Program-made: the position numbers and the translations under genes
Notes under the pieces: model-generated
Told to the model about the DNA's origin: nothing
Seen by the model: only the letters and a program-made list of their open reading frames with translations
Databases searched by the model: none
Part shown: positions 25,590 to 38,000 of the stretch, one piece after another
How the letters are laid out: the number at the start of each line of letters is the position of its first letter
Position numbering within the stretch: the stretch's first letter is position 1
From: Eledone cirrhosa
Taxonomy: Eukaryota
Reading direction: 5' to 3'
Assembly: GCA_964016885.1 (NCBI GenBank)
Contig: OZ024741.1
Location: 38,564,001-38,628,000, forward strand
Length of the DNA stretch: 64,000 nt

Positions 25590-27125
25590 TTTAAGTTTTA
25601 TAGGTCTTAATTTGAGATCATTGGGTGAGGGGACATTGATGACTATGTCTGTGGCTTCCTTGCATGCCTTTTATGTACTTTAGGGATACCGTAGAAAAGG
25701 CTGGATTTACTTGTAATGTCTGTGATGAAGCTGAATTCCTTGTTAGTGAGTCCTTCTTTGTATTGGTTGATCAGAGTTTTTAGGTTTCTCATAATTTTCT
25801 GTTGATTGTAGTGTTCAGCCTTTTCGTAGTATGTTTAGTTTTCCAAAGTGGAGAGCGCTAAGTTGATATAGAATTCTGTCTCCATTAGGACTACTGTACT
25901 CCCTTTATCAGCCTCTTTAATTGTAATAGTTCTGTCGGTTTTAATCTATTTAATTCTTCCCATTCTTTCTTGTTGAGGTTTGGCTTGTGTTTTTTGTCTG
26001 TGCAAGTGTTGGTAAGGGAAGTTTGTGATGTGTTCTCAGAATTCGTCCACGATTTTATTTCTACCTTTTGATGGCAACTACATTGCTTCTATTTCTGGCT
26101 AATGATTCATCCTCATTGTACTGGTCGAATAGTTCTTCACTGAGACGTAACTTTCTACAGAAGTCTGTGATGTCTTCCTTCATTTCATAGTAGTTAGGAC
26201 GTAGCGGGGGGGGGGGGGGGGGGTCGGTGTGAATTTAAGACCTTTGGAGAGTAAGTTGATAAGGTTGGGAGTTGGTTCTGCACTAGTTAGATTGATAATT
26301 TTTATTACTCTCGGTTTCTCCTCCCTGTCTTGTGTTATTTTGTTTGCCTGTATCTGTGTGCTGTGTCTAAAAAATGGTTGGCGTAGAGGGGTTGGCTGCT
26401 GATGTTAGGTGGTCTCCTGTGTTTGTTATATTCCTTGTTGTTGTAAAATGTGGTTTGGGTTCGTGGTTGTGGATTGAATGGGGCGTTCCTGTATTGCGAG
26501 TATGGATGTGTGTTTCTATGTGCTCTGTTGGATTGTGGTGTTATAGGTGGCCTACGTTGTTGGTTGTATCGTGTGGTGTGGGTTTGTTGTGTATTGTGGA
26601 AACGAGAGTTCTTCTCTGTTGCAGTCCCCGTTCCATAATTTAGAGATCTTCTATACCTTGGGGCCTTCAGTCTTATTGTTGATTTCCAGGAGGATCTCTT
26701 CATCGATGGTTTTGATTTTTTCCTCATTTGTCTAGGCCCTCAATTTAAGAAGTTCAATTTCTGTCTTCATTTTTTCGGATGCCATTCTTTCCCTAAGGTG
26801 TCTTTGAGGTTCGGATTCATTTGGAATGGACTTTATTTGTATTTTACGGGGGAGAGTTAGAGGGGTTGAGTTAAGCCATTTTTCATATATCTCCGCTTTG
26901 TTGTGATTTTGTATCATCTTCCAGAAGGAGAACTTTCTGTCTCTGAGGGATTTGTTCCATTTTGGGATTATTCGAATTTGTATGAATCAATCCCACATGG
27001 TTCTTCGTTGGTTTTTCCTGGGTTGGTAGTAGTGAACATAGTTTGGATAGTATCGCAAAGGTTTTGAAGTTTATCGCCGATTTCGGAGGGTTTGTATCCG
27101 GTGACTGTTTCCTCATTTGTGGAGT
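25590..27125 (-). mobile_element. Penelope-like element, N-terminal region and start of RT, decayed
   Basis: Minus-strand LLSKGLKFTPTP, IKEADKGSTVVLM, FYGIPKVHK and LRPI motifs. Contains frameshifts and stops. Confidence 0.8.
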
Positions 27126-27317
27126 CAAATTTGTCGATATATATATATATATTGTGTGTGTGTGTGTATCTGTGGGCATGTAATGATATAATGTATATAT
27201 GCCGAGGAATAAACAAATGTACACTCCCGAATTCTTCTAATAATATACATAAGATTCATGTCAGATTGTATGTATGCAATTATGTGTGTATGTAACATTA
27301 TATCTACACACACACAC

Positions 27318-27438
<121 letters not shown>

Positions 27439-27488
27439 TAAGCCGTGTTTACTTGCAAACCGCCAGAGATTCGATTTTACTAATTTCC

Positions 27489-27564
<76 letters not shown>

Positions 27565-28099
27565 GGAAAATAGTAAAATCGAATCTCTGGCGGTTTGCAA
27601 GTAAACACGGCTTACTTATATGAAATGATGAGTTAGCAAAGCACTCGATAAGTTGGGGCCTTAGAGTAATAACATACGTTTAAATAGCTTGAAAAATCGA
27701 ACATTGTGGTAGGCGAATCTAACAGACAATATATACCAAAGCAACGATAGAACTAAAATGAAACGAAATTTCGGATGTTTGTTTATAAACACACCGAGCA
27801 TTATCATAAATGTTCAATGAATCTATACGTACATATATGTATGTGTTCATGTATGTATATATATATACATACTACTGTGCGTCTGTATACATATATGTAT
27901 GTACGTATACATACTTATATTTAAGTAAGAGCCGTACTAAGAGTGAGAAATGAAGTTTCGTTTCATTTTTTCCGTTTATCGTTTTCGGTGCGCCCGGCCG
28001 ATTAACTGACTCGATATGCAAATTAGGCTGCTCGGCCGTTGATATGCATAAGGAAAGTATATACTTTCAGATGTTCAAACATCTGGCAGGAAGATATAC

Positions 28100-28138
28100 G
28101 TTGCTGACGATAGCTAATAAGCTTGAAACTAGTACAGC
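28100..28138 (+). ncRNA. Minimal type-I hammerhead ribozyme within a 430-nt partial tandem unit
   Basis: GTTG-CTGACGA-tAGCTaataAGCTt-GAAA-CTAG-TA-CAGC. Palindromic stem III ACTAGT and a GUA site. Confidence 0.8.
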
Positions 28139-28429
28139 TTTCCTTTGTCAGTGTTGAACAAACGAGAAACGATGGTTGCTAGACACTGTACGGCTTAATA
28201 TGGGATGTTTGTTTACAAACACACCGAGCATTATAATAAATGTTCGGTGAATCCATACGTACATATATGTATGTGTGCATGTATGTATATATATATGCAT
28301 ACTACTGTGCGTCTGTATACATATATGTATGTACGTATACATACTTATATTTAAGTAACAGCCGTACTAACAGTGAGAAATGAAATTTCGTTTCATTTTT
28401 TCCGTTTATATATATATATATATATATAT

Positions 28430-28635
28430 GGTGGCTGCCAACACGTTTTCGAGTACGGCCATTACTTTATATCCATGTAGGAGAACCCCTACCGATGCGC
28501 TGAACGAGTGTGACTTTTTAGTCCAGCCAGCAACTTGAAAACTCTGGTACAAACACTACACTTGTGACAATTATTGACACATAGTACTGGGCCCATGGTA
28601 CCATGTGACGACAAGTGCAGAGAGATCTCCAGATA
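28430..28635 (-). mobile_element. Bipartite RTE-derived non-autonomous element, 3' part
   Basis: Matches about 59600-59807 and encodes the relic zinc finger [21 protein letters not shown]. Confidence 0.9.
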
Positions 28636-29238
28636 TACACATGCATACATACATACATACATACATACATACATACATACACAATACATACATACATACA
28701 TACATACATACATACACGATACATACATACATACATATAGATACATACAGATACATACATACGTACATACATATATATACATATTTACACACATATATAC
28801 ACATATATATATACACACATACATATACATACAGATACATACATACGTACATACATATACATACATATATACACACATACATACATACATATACATACAT
28901 ATATACACATATACATACATAGTAATACATACATATATACACATACATACATACATACATATACATACATATATACATATACATACATACACATACATAC
29001 ATACATACACACATACATATACATATACATACATATATACATATATACATACATACACATACATACATACATACATACACACATACATACATACATATAT
29101 ACATACATACATACATACATATACACATACATACATACATATACATACATACATATACATACACATACATACACACATATACATACATATATATACATAC
29201 ATACATACACATATACATACATATACATACATACATAC

Positions 29239-29271
<33 letters not shown>

Positions 29272-29858
29272 CATACATACATACATACATACACACATAT
29301 ACATACATACATACATACATATACATACATACATACATACACACATATACACATATACATACATATACATATATACATATATACATACATATACACATAT
29401 ACATACATACACATACATACATACATATACATACATATATGCATACACACACATATATACATACATACATATATACATACATATACATACATACATACAT
29501 ACATACATACATACATACATACACATACATACATACACATACATACATACATATACATACATATATATACATACATACACATACATACATATATATATAC
29601 ATACATACACATACATACATATACACATATACATATATATATACATATAAACATACACACATACATACATACATATACATACATACATACACATACATAT
29701 ATATACATATACATATATATATATATACACATACACATACATATACATACATACATACATACATACACATACATATACATACATACATACATATATATAC
29801 ACATACATACATACATATACATATATATACATATACATACATACACATATACATATAT
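28636..29858. repeat. 1.2-kb (TACA)n/(TA)n/(CA)n compound microsatellite
   Basis: Seen directly. Confidence 0.95.
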
Positions 29859-29859
29859 G

Positions 29860-30411
29860 CAGGAGAACCCCTACCGATGCGCTGAACGAGTGTGACTTTT
29901 TAGTCCAGCCAGCGACTTGAAAACTCTGGTACAAACACTACACCTGTGACAATTATTGACACATATTGCTGGGCCCATGGTACCATGTGACGACAAGTGC
30001 AGAGAGATCTCCAGATATAAAGCAAAGCCTGTGCCGTGAAGGTTTTATAGTGAGCAAAGGCACTGCACAAAGCCAGTCCCACTCTCTTAACCAAGATGAT
30101 ATTTACCAAAAAGAAGAACAAGTCAACATCATTGGATACCATCAGAGTTGCAGGTGTTATATCAGAGTTTTCCTTCTCCTAGAATTCTGCCTTGACAAAG
30201 GCTAAGGGGTCATCTCTCCCGGTGATTTTGGATAGCCATTGACTCTTAAGAGCTGCTTTGACAGGTTTTGTTTTAGTCCTGCAGGATGTCCAAAGTCACC
30301 CTCCTCACCAAGAAACCTTGGTGGGGTTGCCAGTTTAGTCGCCAACGACCCGACCATGAGACAGGTTGTACTGGGATACATGTTACCAGTAGCACCAACT
30401 GGTGACCTGAC
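29860..30411 (-). mobile_element. Bipartite RTE-derived non-autonomous element, complete head, 3' tip missing
   Basis: Reverse complement of 59198-59755, starting GTCAGGTCACC. Confidence 0.9.
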
Positions 30412-31514
30412 ACACATATATATATATATATATATATACATACATAAAAGGTTCCATCGACTTTCGTCAAATCGGATCGAGGAAACAATGTTTTCGTCAG
30501 TCTTTCCAATTGCTAATACTATCTATCGGTGGCAACTCCAGGTAGGAGCAACGTGAAATAAAGTGTCTTGCTCATAACGCATCGCCCGGTCCAGGAATCG
30601 AACTCACCACCTCAAGATTGTCAATCCAGTATGTGTATACATATAAAAGGAAAAGTAATTATTAACCACTCAGCCACACGCCTTCACTACATACAAACAG
30701 ACATACACACATGCATATGTACATAAATACATATATATATATATACATATATATGTTTGTATATATATATGTATATATAACACGAATATATATGTATACA
30801 TGTGTGTTCATTCATACATACATACAGATAGATACACATACAGCTTTCCGTAAGTGTATGCATGCGTACGTGTGGTGGGAATAGTAAATACATGTGCGAT
30901 GTGTTTAACGGGTGGTGATGTTCGTATTGAATGGTAACAGTGTCTTTTAACTATGACTCGTCCCAGTTTGTGAGTTTTTAATATGAAGGGTCTTTTGTGT
31001 TTCTACTCCAGTGGGTAATTTACCATGGCTTTACTAAGTTTTTTTTTTATACCCACAACCTAAATAAGCAATGATTTCACCCCGTGTCAAGGGATGAATA
31101 TGTTTGCACGTGAATACATGTATATTTGCGAACATGTGTCTGGTTGCGATTAAGCATAGAAGCATAGAAGCATAGAAGCATACATATATACATGCAGTCA
31201 TTCATTCATACATATATATATAAATATATACATACATACATACTTATATACATACATACATATATACATATATACATAAACATATACAAAATATGTACAT
31301 GCATACATACATACTTATATAAGTACATATATACATACATACTTATATAAGTACATATATACATACACACTTATATAAGTACATATATACATAGATACAA
31401 ACTAAAATACATACATAAAACATATATACATACACACAGGCACACATATATACGTATAGGTATATGGCTGTATCTATCTATCTATCTGTCTATCTGTCTA
31501 CAGCTTTATCAATA

Positions 31515-31594
<80 letters not shown>

Positions 31595-32630
31595 CCGAAT
31601 ACATATATACATATACACATACACATAATACATTCATACATAAATATACACCTCTCTCCCTTTCTCACCCCTTCTCTCTGTCTATATATACATATATATA
31701 TATATATATACATGCATATATACACACATACATGTATATAATAAACATATGTATCATGTGCGATAGAGTGTAAGATAGATAACAGTGTGTACCTAATATA
31801 TCTAAGTGTCTCTATGTATGTATGTATGTATATTTTTATGCATGTGCGTATGTATGTATATTTGTATGTATGTATGTACGTATGTATGTATATATATGCA
31901 TGTATGTATATTTATATGTATGTATGTTTGTATGGATGTATATTTGCATGTATATATATATATATATGTATAGTGAGTAGAGGAACGTAGGAAAGAGCGT
32001 AAAAAATAAAAATAATAATACGAGATAGAGTTACCTTGGGAGAGATTTAATTGTCCCTATATTTCGGATTCGCATCCATCAACTAGGGGGTTTTCCGGGG
32101 GGGGGAGTTATCTGTCGGAGAGGAACGGTTCGTAGCCTCTGTTGTCCGCTGTAGATACAACCCCCCCCCGTAAAACCCACCAGTTGATGGATGCGAATCC
32201 AAAATATAGGGACAATTAAATCTCTCCCAAGGTAACTCTATCTCGTGTTATTATTTTTATTTTTTACGCTCTTTCCTACGTTCCTCTACACATTATACAT
32301 CTCATTCTACATTCCCTTACATCTCTCTCTTCACCACCGGATTCTGTTACCCGGAGATTTACCCATCTGCATTGTTGAGGCTTCCAAAACACCAAAAAAA
32401 GAATTTATTATTCCACAATGCTTCAAGTAAACTTCAATACTCTCATATATATGTATGTATTTATGTAAGTATGCATATTTACATGTACGTACGTATGTAT
32501 ATATATATGTATGTACATATGTTATATGTATCTATGTACATATGTATATATATATATGTGTGTAGGAACGTAAGTATGTATATATATATATGTGTACGTA
32601 AGTATGTATATATATATGTACATAAGTATG

Positions 32631-32663
<33 letters not shown>

Positions 32664-32823
32664 GTACGTAAGTATGTATATATAGGTATATATGTATATG
32701 TATATATGTATGTATGTACGTATGTACGTATGTATGTACGTATGTATGTACGTATGTACGTATGTATGTATATATGTATGTATGCATGTATGTATGTATG
32801 TACGTATGTATGTATATATGTAT

Positions 32824-33289
32824 GTCAAAGGGCAAAGGGCAAAGGAGCTCTTAAGAGTCAATGGCCATCCAAAATCACCGGGAGAGATTACCCCTTAGCC
32901 TTTGTCAAGGCAGAATTCTAGGAGAAGGAAAACTCTGATATAACACTGCAACTCTGATGGTATCCAATGATGTTGACTTGTTCTTCTTTTTGGTAAATAT
33001 CATCTTGGTTAAGAGAGTGGGACTGGCTTTGTGCAGTGCCTTTGCTCACTATAAAAGCTTCACGGCACAGGCATTGCTTTATATCTGGAGATCTCTCTGC
33101 ACTTGTCCTCACATGGTACCATGGGCCCATCACTATGTGTCAATAATTGTCACAAGTGTAGTGTTTGTACCAGAGTTTTCAAGTCGCTGGCTGGACTAAA
33201 AAGTCACACTCATTCAGCGCATCGGTAGGCGTTCTCCTACATGGATATAAAGTAGTGGCCGTACTCAAAAACGATTTGGCAGCCACCAT
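32824..33289 (+). mobile_element. Bipartite RTE-derived non-autonomous element, 5'-truncated, (GTAT)n tail
   Basis: Matches 59348-59807 and is followed by (GTAT)n. Confidence 0.9.
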
Positions 33290-33361
33290 GTACGTAAGTA
33301 TGTACGTATGTATGTATGTATGTATGTATGTATGTATGTATGTATGTATGTATGTATGTAC

Positions 33362-33392
<31 letters not shown>

Positions 33393-33698
33393 TGTATGTA
33401 TGTATGTATGTACGTGTGTATGTATGTATGTATGTATATATGTATAATTTTTCTGCTTTTGGCACGGATCCAGCGACTGGTCCAGCGCATTGCTGGTACT
33501 CTCTTTTGTTGACTCCGTGGGGATGAAAGGCTAGGTTGACCTCGGCGGGATTTTAGCTCAGAGCGTGGAAAGCCATAGCTCTATTCTGTAAAGCAATTAT
33601 AATAATACTGGACTGTAATACAAACGGCTTCAACTATACAAACTCTTGAAACTCAACAGTTGACATAATCTTGTAATCTTGTATCAGTAATGACGGTA

Positions 33699-33741
<43 letters not shown>

Positions 33742-33869
33742 CGTAAGTGAGTAGCGTGTGTGTGTTTGTTTGTATGTATGAATGTTGCTGTGTGCGCGCA
33801 TATGCATGCGCGTTTGTGTATGTCGTACGTATAAGTGTCAATAAGTGATTTTTTTGATTTTTTGATTTT

Positions 33870-35040
33870 GCGCGGGGACATAGAAATAATCGGGCTGGAT
33901 GCCCGATCGCGCAGTTAAACCACTGGGAGTGAAGAACCCCTAGCCCTTCTCAGGCATTCTTGTAGGAGAAGGCATCTCAGGAAACTGGGTTAACTCCGAC
34001 ATAAAACCTGCGGCTCAGTAGTTACCGATGATGTTGATCTTTTCTTCTTTTCGAGTTACAGCTACTGTCGCTCAGAGAGTGGGATTAACTCAGTGCACAG
34101 TCTTTCCTCACTTTCAAAATATTCGCCACGCACAGGCATTGCACGAGTGCATTAATAATTATTAATAGTGTATTATTATTATTATTATTATTGTTACTAT
34201 TATTACTTTTTTTTTTTTTTTTCAAATTCAATGATGTTCCAGAACAATATAAAAGAGATACTTGGCAATTTAGGTTCTGGAACAAAAAAGATAATTGGCA
34301 ATAAGGGCAGGGGCCCCAGGTTATCACAGTCTGCGCCCGCTCGTCATCGTGCCATTGTAATAGAGTCAAACAAGGCATTTAGTCTTGGCTGCTGGAACGT
34401 ACGGACGCTGCTTGACAGGGATTCCTTGGAGCGTCCTGAAAGAAAGACCGCTCTTGTTGCAAAGGAGCTGCGACGTTACGATCTTGACATTGTGGCTTTA
34501 TATGAGACGAGGTTAGTTGGAGATGGTCATCTTACAGAATTTTGTGGAGAATATACATTCTTCTGGAAAGTAAGAGATGAAGGAACCAGAAGAGAGGCTG
34601 GGGTAGGATTTGCTGTTAAGACTGTTCTTGTGAATAAATTAGAAGAATTTCCAGTAGGGATTAGTGAGCGTCTTATGCCATCAGAATTACGCTGGACAAA
34701 GGAAGATATGCGACTCTGGTGAGTGTGTATGCTCCAACTATGAATTCTGTCGATGAAGAGAAAGTGTCCTTTTACCATGCCTTGAAAGGTGTTTTAAGAA
34801 ATATCCCTCAGGCAGACAAAGTCATCGTGCTTGGTGAATTTACTGCGAGAGTGGGTATGGATTTTAACACATGGAATATAATCGGAAGACATGGGGTGGG
34901 AAAGTGTAACAACAATGGTATGGTCTTTCTGCAGATGTGTGAGGAGCTGGATCTGTGTGTTACCAACACCATGTTCTAACAAAAGAACAAATTCAAGACT
35001 ACATGGATGCATCCTGCATCTAAGGAATGGCATCTTTTTT
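33870..35040 (+). pseudogene. RTE LINE copy A (5' UTR plus APE domain only, disrupted)
   Basis: Collinear with 44733-45955. Has a frameshift and a TAA stop, and ends in a T-run fused to the start of copy B. Confidence 0.95.
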
Positions 35041-38000
35041 GCGCGGGGACATAGAAATAATCGGGCTGGATGCCCGATCGCGCAGTTAAACCACTGGGAG
35101 TGAAGAACCCCTAGCCCTTGTAAGGGCTTTCTTCTAGGAGAAGGCATCTCAGCGACATAAAACCTGCGGCTCAGTAGTTACCGATGATGTTAATCTTTTC
35201 TTCTTTTCGAGTTACAGCTACTGTCGCTCAGAGAGTGGGATTGGATCAGTGCACAGTCTTTCCTCACTTTAAAAATATTCGTCACGCACAGGCATTGCAC
35301 GAGTGCATTAATAATTATTAATGCACTCGTGCAATGCCTGTGCGTGACCGGACCTCCAGATGGAGAAAAACTGGAACGAGGTGACGAGCAGGGTGGCCTC
35401 CTTCACCCAGAAATGGGCAGAGAGGAAGCTGTCCCTGAAAGGCCGGGCGGAAGTGGCGAATGCGTACATCGCATCCGTCATCTGCTACCGCCTCACCGTC
35501 GTCCCTTGCTCCAGCCCAACTCTCACCAAAATGGAGCGCCTTCTCTTCCGCTTTTTGTGGAAGGGACGCGCTCCCATGGTCAGACGATCCATCTGCTGTC
35601 AACACCCGTAGAGTGGAGGACTGGACATGCCATGGCTGATGAATGCGCAAACATGCGCTGAGGCTGCGACATCTCTGGTGCTTCCTTGACGGTGAACGGG
35701 TGTGGTCGCCGTTCGCCAGGCGCATTTTCCCACAGCTCGTCTCCTTGACGGAGTTGCAGTCCTGGGTCAGAAAAAGACCGAGGGATAGCGCTTGGAAACC
35801 GGAATGTCTCCAGGCGCTCACTGCCCTCTCCCAGTTGGGCACCAGTATCGGTGGAACATCCACCTCGGCGTTCTATAGAGGACTAGTGGAGGGGAAGAGC
35901 GACGACATTCTCGGAGAGATCCTGGGCGTCGAAGAAGATCAGCTGTTTGCTCTCTTCCAGAGAACTTTCAGCCCGGGGCTTATGGATAACTTCCAAAAAT
36001 CCCTGGCCTGGCAGTGCTACCGGGGAGCGCTGCCGGTTCGAGATAAGCTCTACAGGCACGGCAGTGCCGTCAGCCGAGCCTGTCCGAGATGCGCGCATAG
36101 CGACGAAACCGTTGTGCACGCACTCGTTCAGTGCCCGAGCATTGCTGACTTGTGAAGCTATGTCGAACAGTAGCTGTCGCGTGTGGGACTGATCCGGTTG
36201 TCGACTGAGTCCATTGTGCAGATGGTCTCGCTGTCTTCCTTCGAGGAGGAAGGGTAGGCGGTTTCATCTGCCTGGTGACCATGGCGAAAGAGATTGTGTG
36301 GTGGACAAGGTTAAAAGGATTAAAGACAAACACTTTACTCTTCGGCGAATCCCTAATTAACTTTTTCAAGTTTCACTTGAAGAGGAAAATCAGGGTGGAG
36401 AGGCAAGTGCTGCTTTCTAGCTAGTTTGTTGAAAGGTGGGTGAATGTAGCGAGAATGGTCCTCTGAATATACGTCTGTAGTTTGAGAGATGGAAAAAATT
36501 GAGAGAGGGCGCTTGCCCTGGTAGTAAGGGTGGCCGTGGTCTTTGTGTGGTTTTCGCCACGTGTAACCCTCGGAGGTTTCCCCCTATTGGGGAATTTTTC
36601 ATTGTTTCAATTTTCATTTTATTGTTTATATATATATATGTTTTATGTCTTTTTTTTCTTTTCTTATATAAATAATAAAAATATTTACACGCACAAAACC
36701 CACATCGCACCGTCCTGTTCCGTCTGTGATGTTTTTCGTGATGTCAGCCCTTGTGGCCAATAAAGAAATCATTAATAATTATTAATAGTGTATTATTATT
36801 ATTATTATTGTTACTATTATTATTACTTTTTTTTTTTTTTCCCAATTCAATGATGTTCCAGAACAATATAAAAGAGATAATTGTCAATTTAGGTTCTGGA
36901 ACAAAAAAGATAATTGGCAATAAGGGCAGGGGCCCCAGGTTACCACAGCCTGGGCCCGCTCGTCATCGTGCCATTGTAATAGAGCCAAACAAGGCATTTA
37001 GTCTTGGCTGCTGGAACGTACGGACGCTGCTTGACAGGGATTCCTTGGAGCGTCCTGAAAGAAGGACCGCTCTTGTTGCAAAGGAGCTGCGACGTTACGA
37101 TCTTGACATCGTGGCTTTATGTGAGACTAGGTTAGCTGGAGTTGGTCATCTTACAGAATTTTGTGGAGAATATACATTCTTCTGGAAAGGAACCAGAAGA
37201 GAGGCTGGGATAGGATTTGCTGTTAAGACTGTTCTTGTGAATAAATTAGAAGAATTCCCAGTAGGGATTAGTGAGCGTCTTATGTCCATGAGAATTCCGC
37301 TGGACAAAGGAAGATATGCGACCCTGGTGAGTGTGTATGCTCCAACTATGAATTCTGTCGATGAAGAAAAAAGTGTCCTTTTACCATGCCTTGAAAGGTG
37401 TTTTAAGAAATATCCCTCAGGCAGACAAAGTCATCGTGCTTGGTGACTTTAATGCTAGAGTGGGTAGGGATTTTAACACATGGAATGTAATCGGAAGACA
37501 TGGGGTGGGAAAGTGTAACAACAATGGTATGGTCTTGCTGCAGATGTGTGAGGAGCTGGATCTGTGTGTTACCAACACCATGTTCTAACAAAAGAACAAA
37601 TTCAAGACTACATGGATGCATCCTGCATCTAAGGAATGGCATCCTTTGGACTACGTCCTAGTCAGGATGCGTGACAGACAGGATGTGCAGTGTGTTCGTG
37701 CTCTTCGTGGTGCTGAGTGTTTGACGGACCACCGCCTAGTACGCGCAAAAGTGAAACTAATCACTAAACGTAAAATCTGGGCTCCTGGTGTTGCCCTGCC
37801 CAAAAGATTGAATGCTGCTCGTCTTAAGGATAAAAATGTGAAGAGGACATTGGAAGAAGAGATGCAGGCTGCAGATCTTGGTGAGAATTGGCCGACCCTT
37901 AAAAAGTCGGTTTAGGATGTAGGCAGGCGTGTTCTGGGATTGGTGCAGAGAAAACATCAGGACTGGTTTAATAAGAATGATGTACATAGAGAAGACTTGT

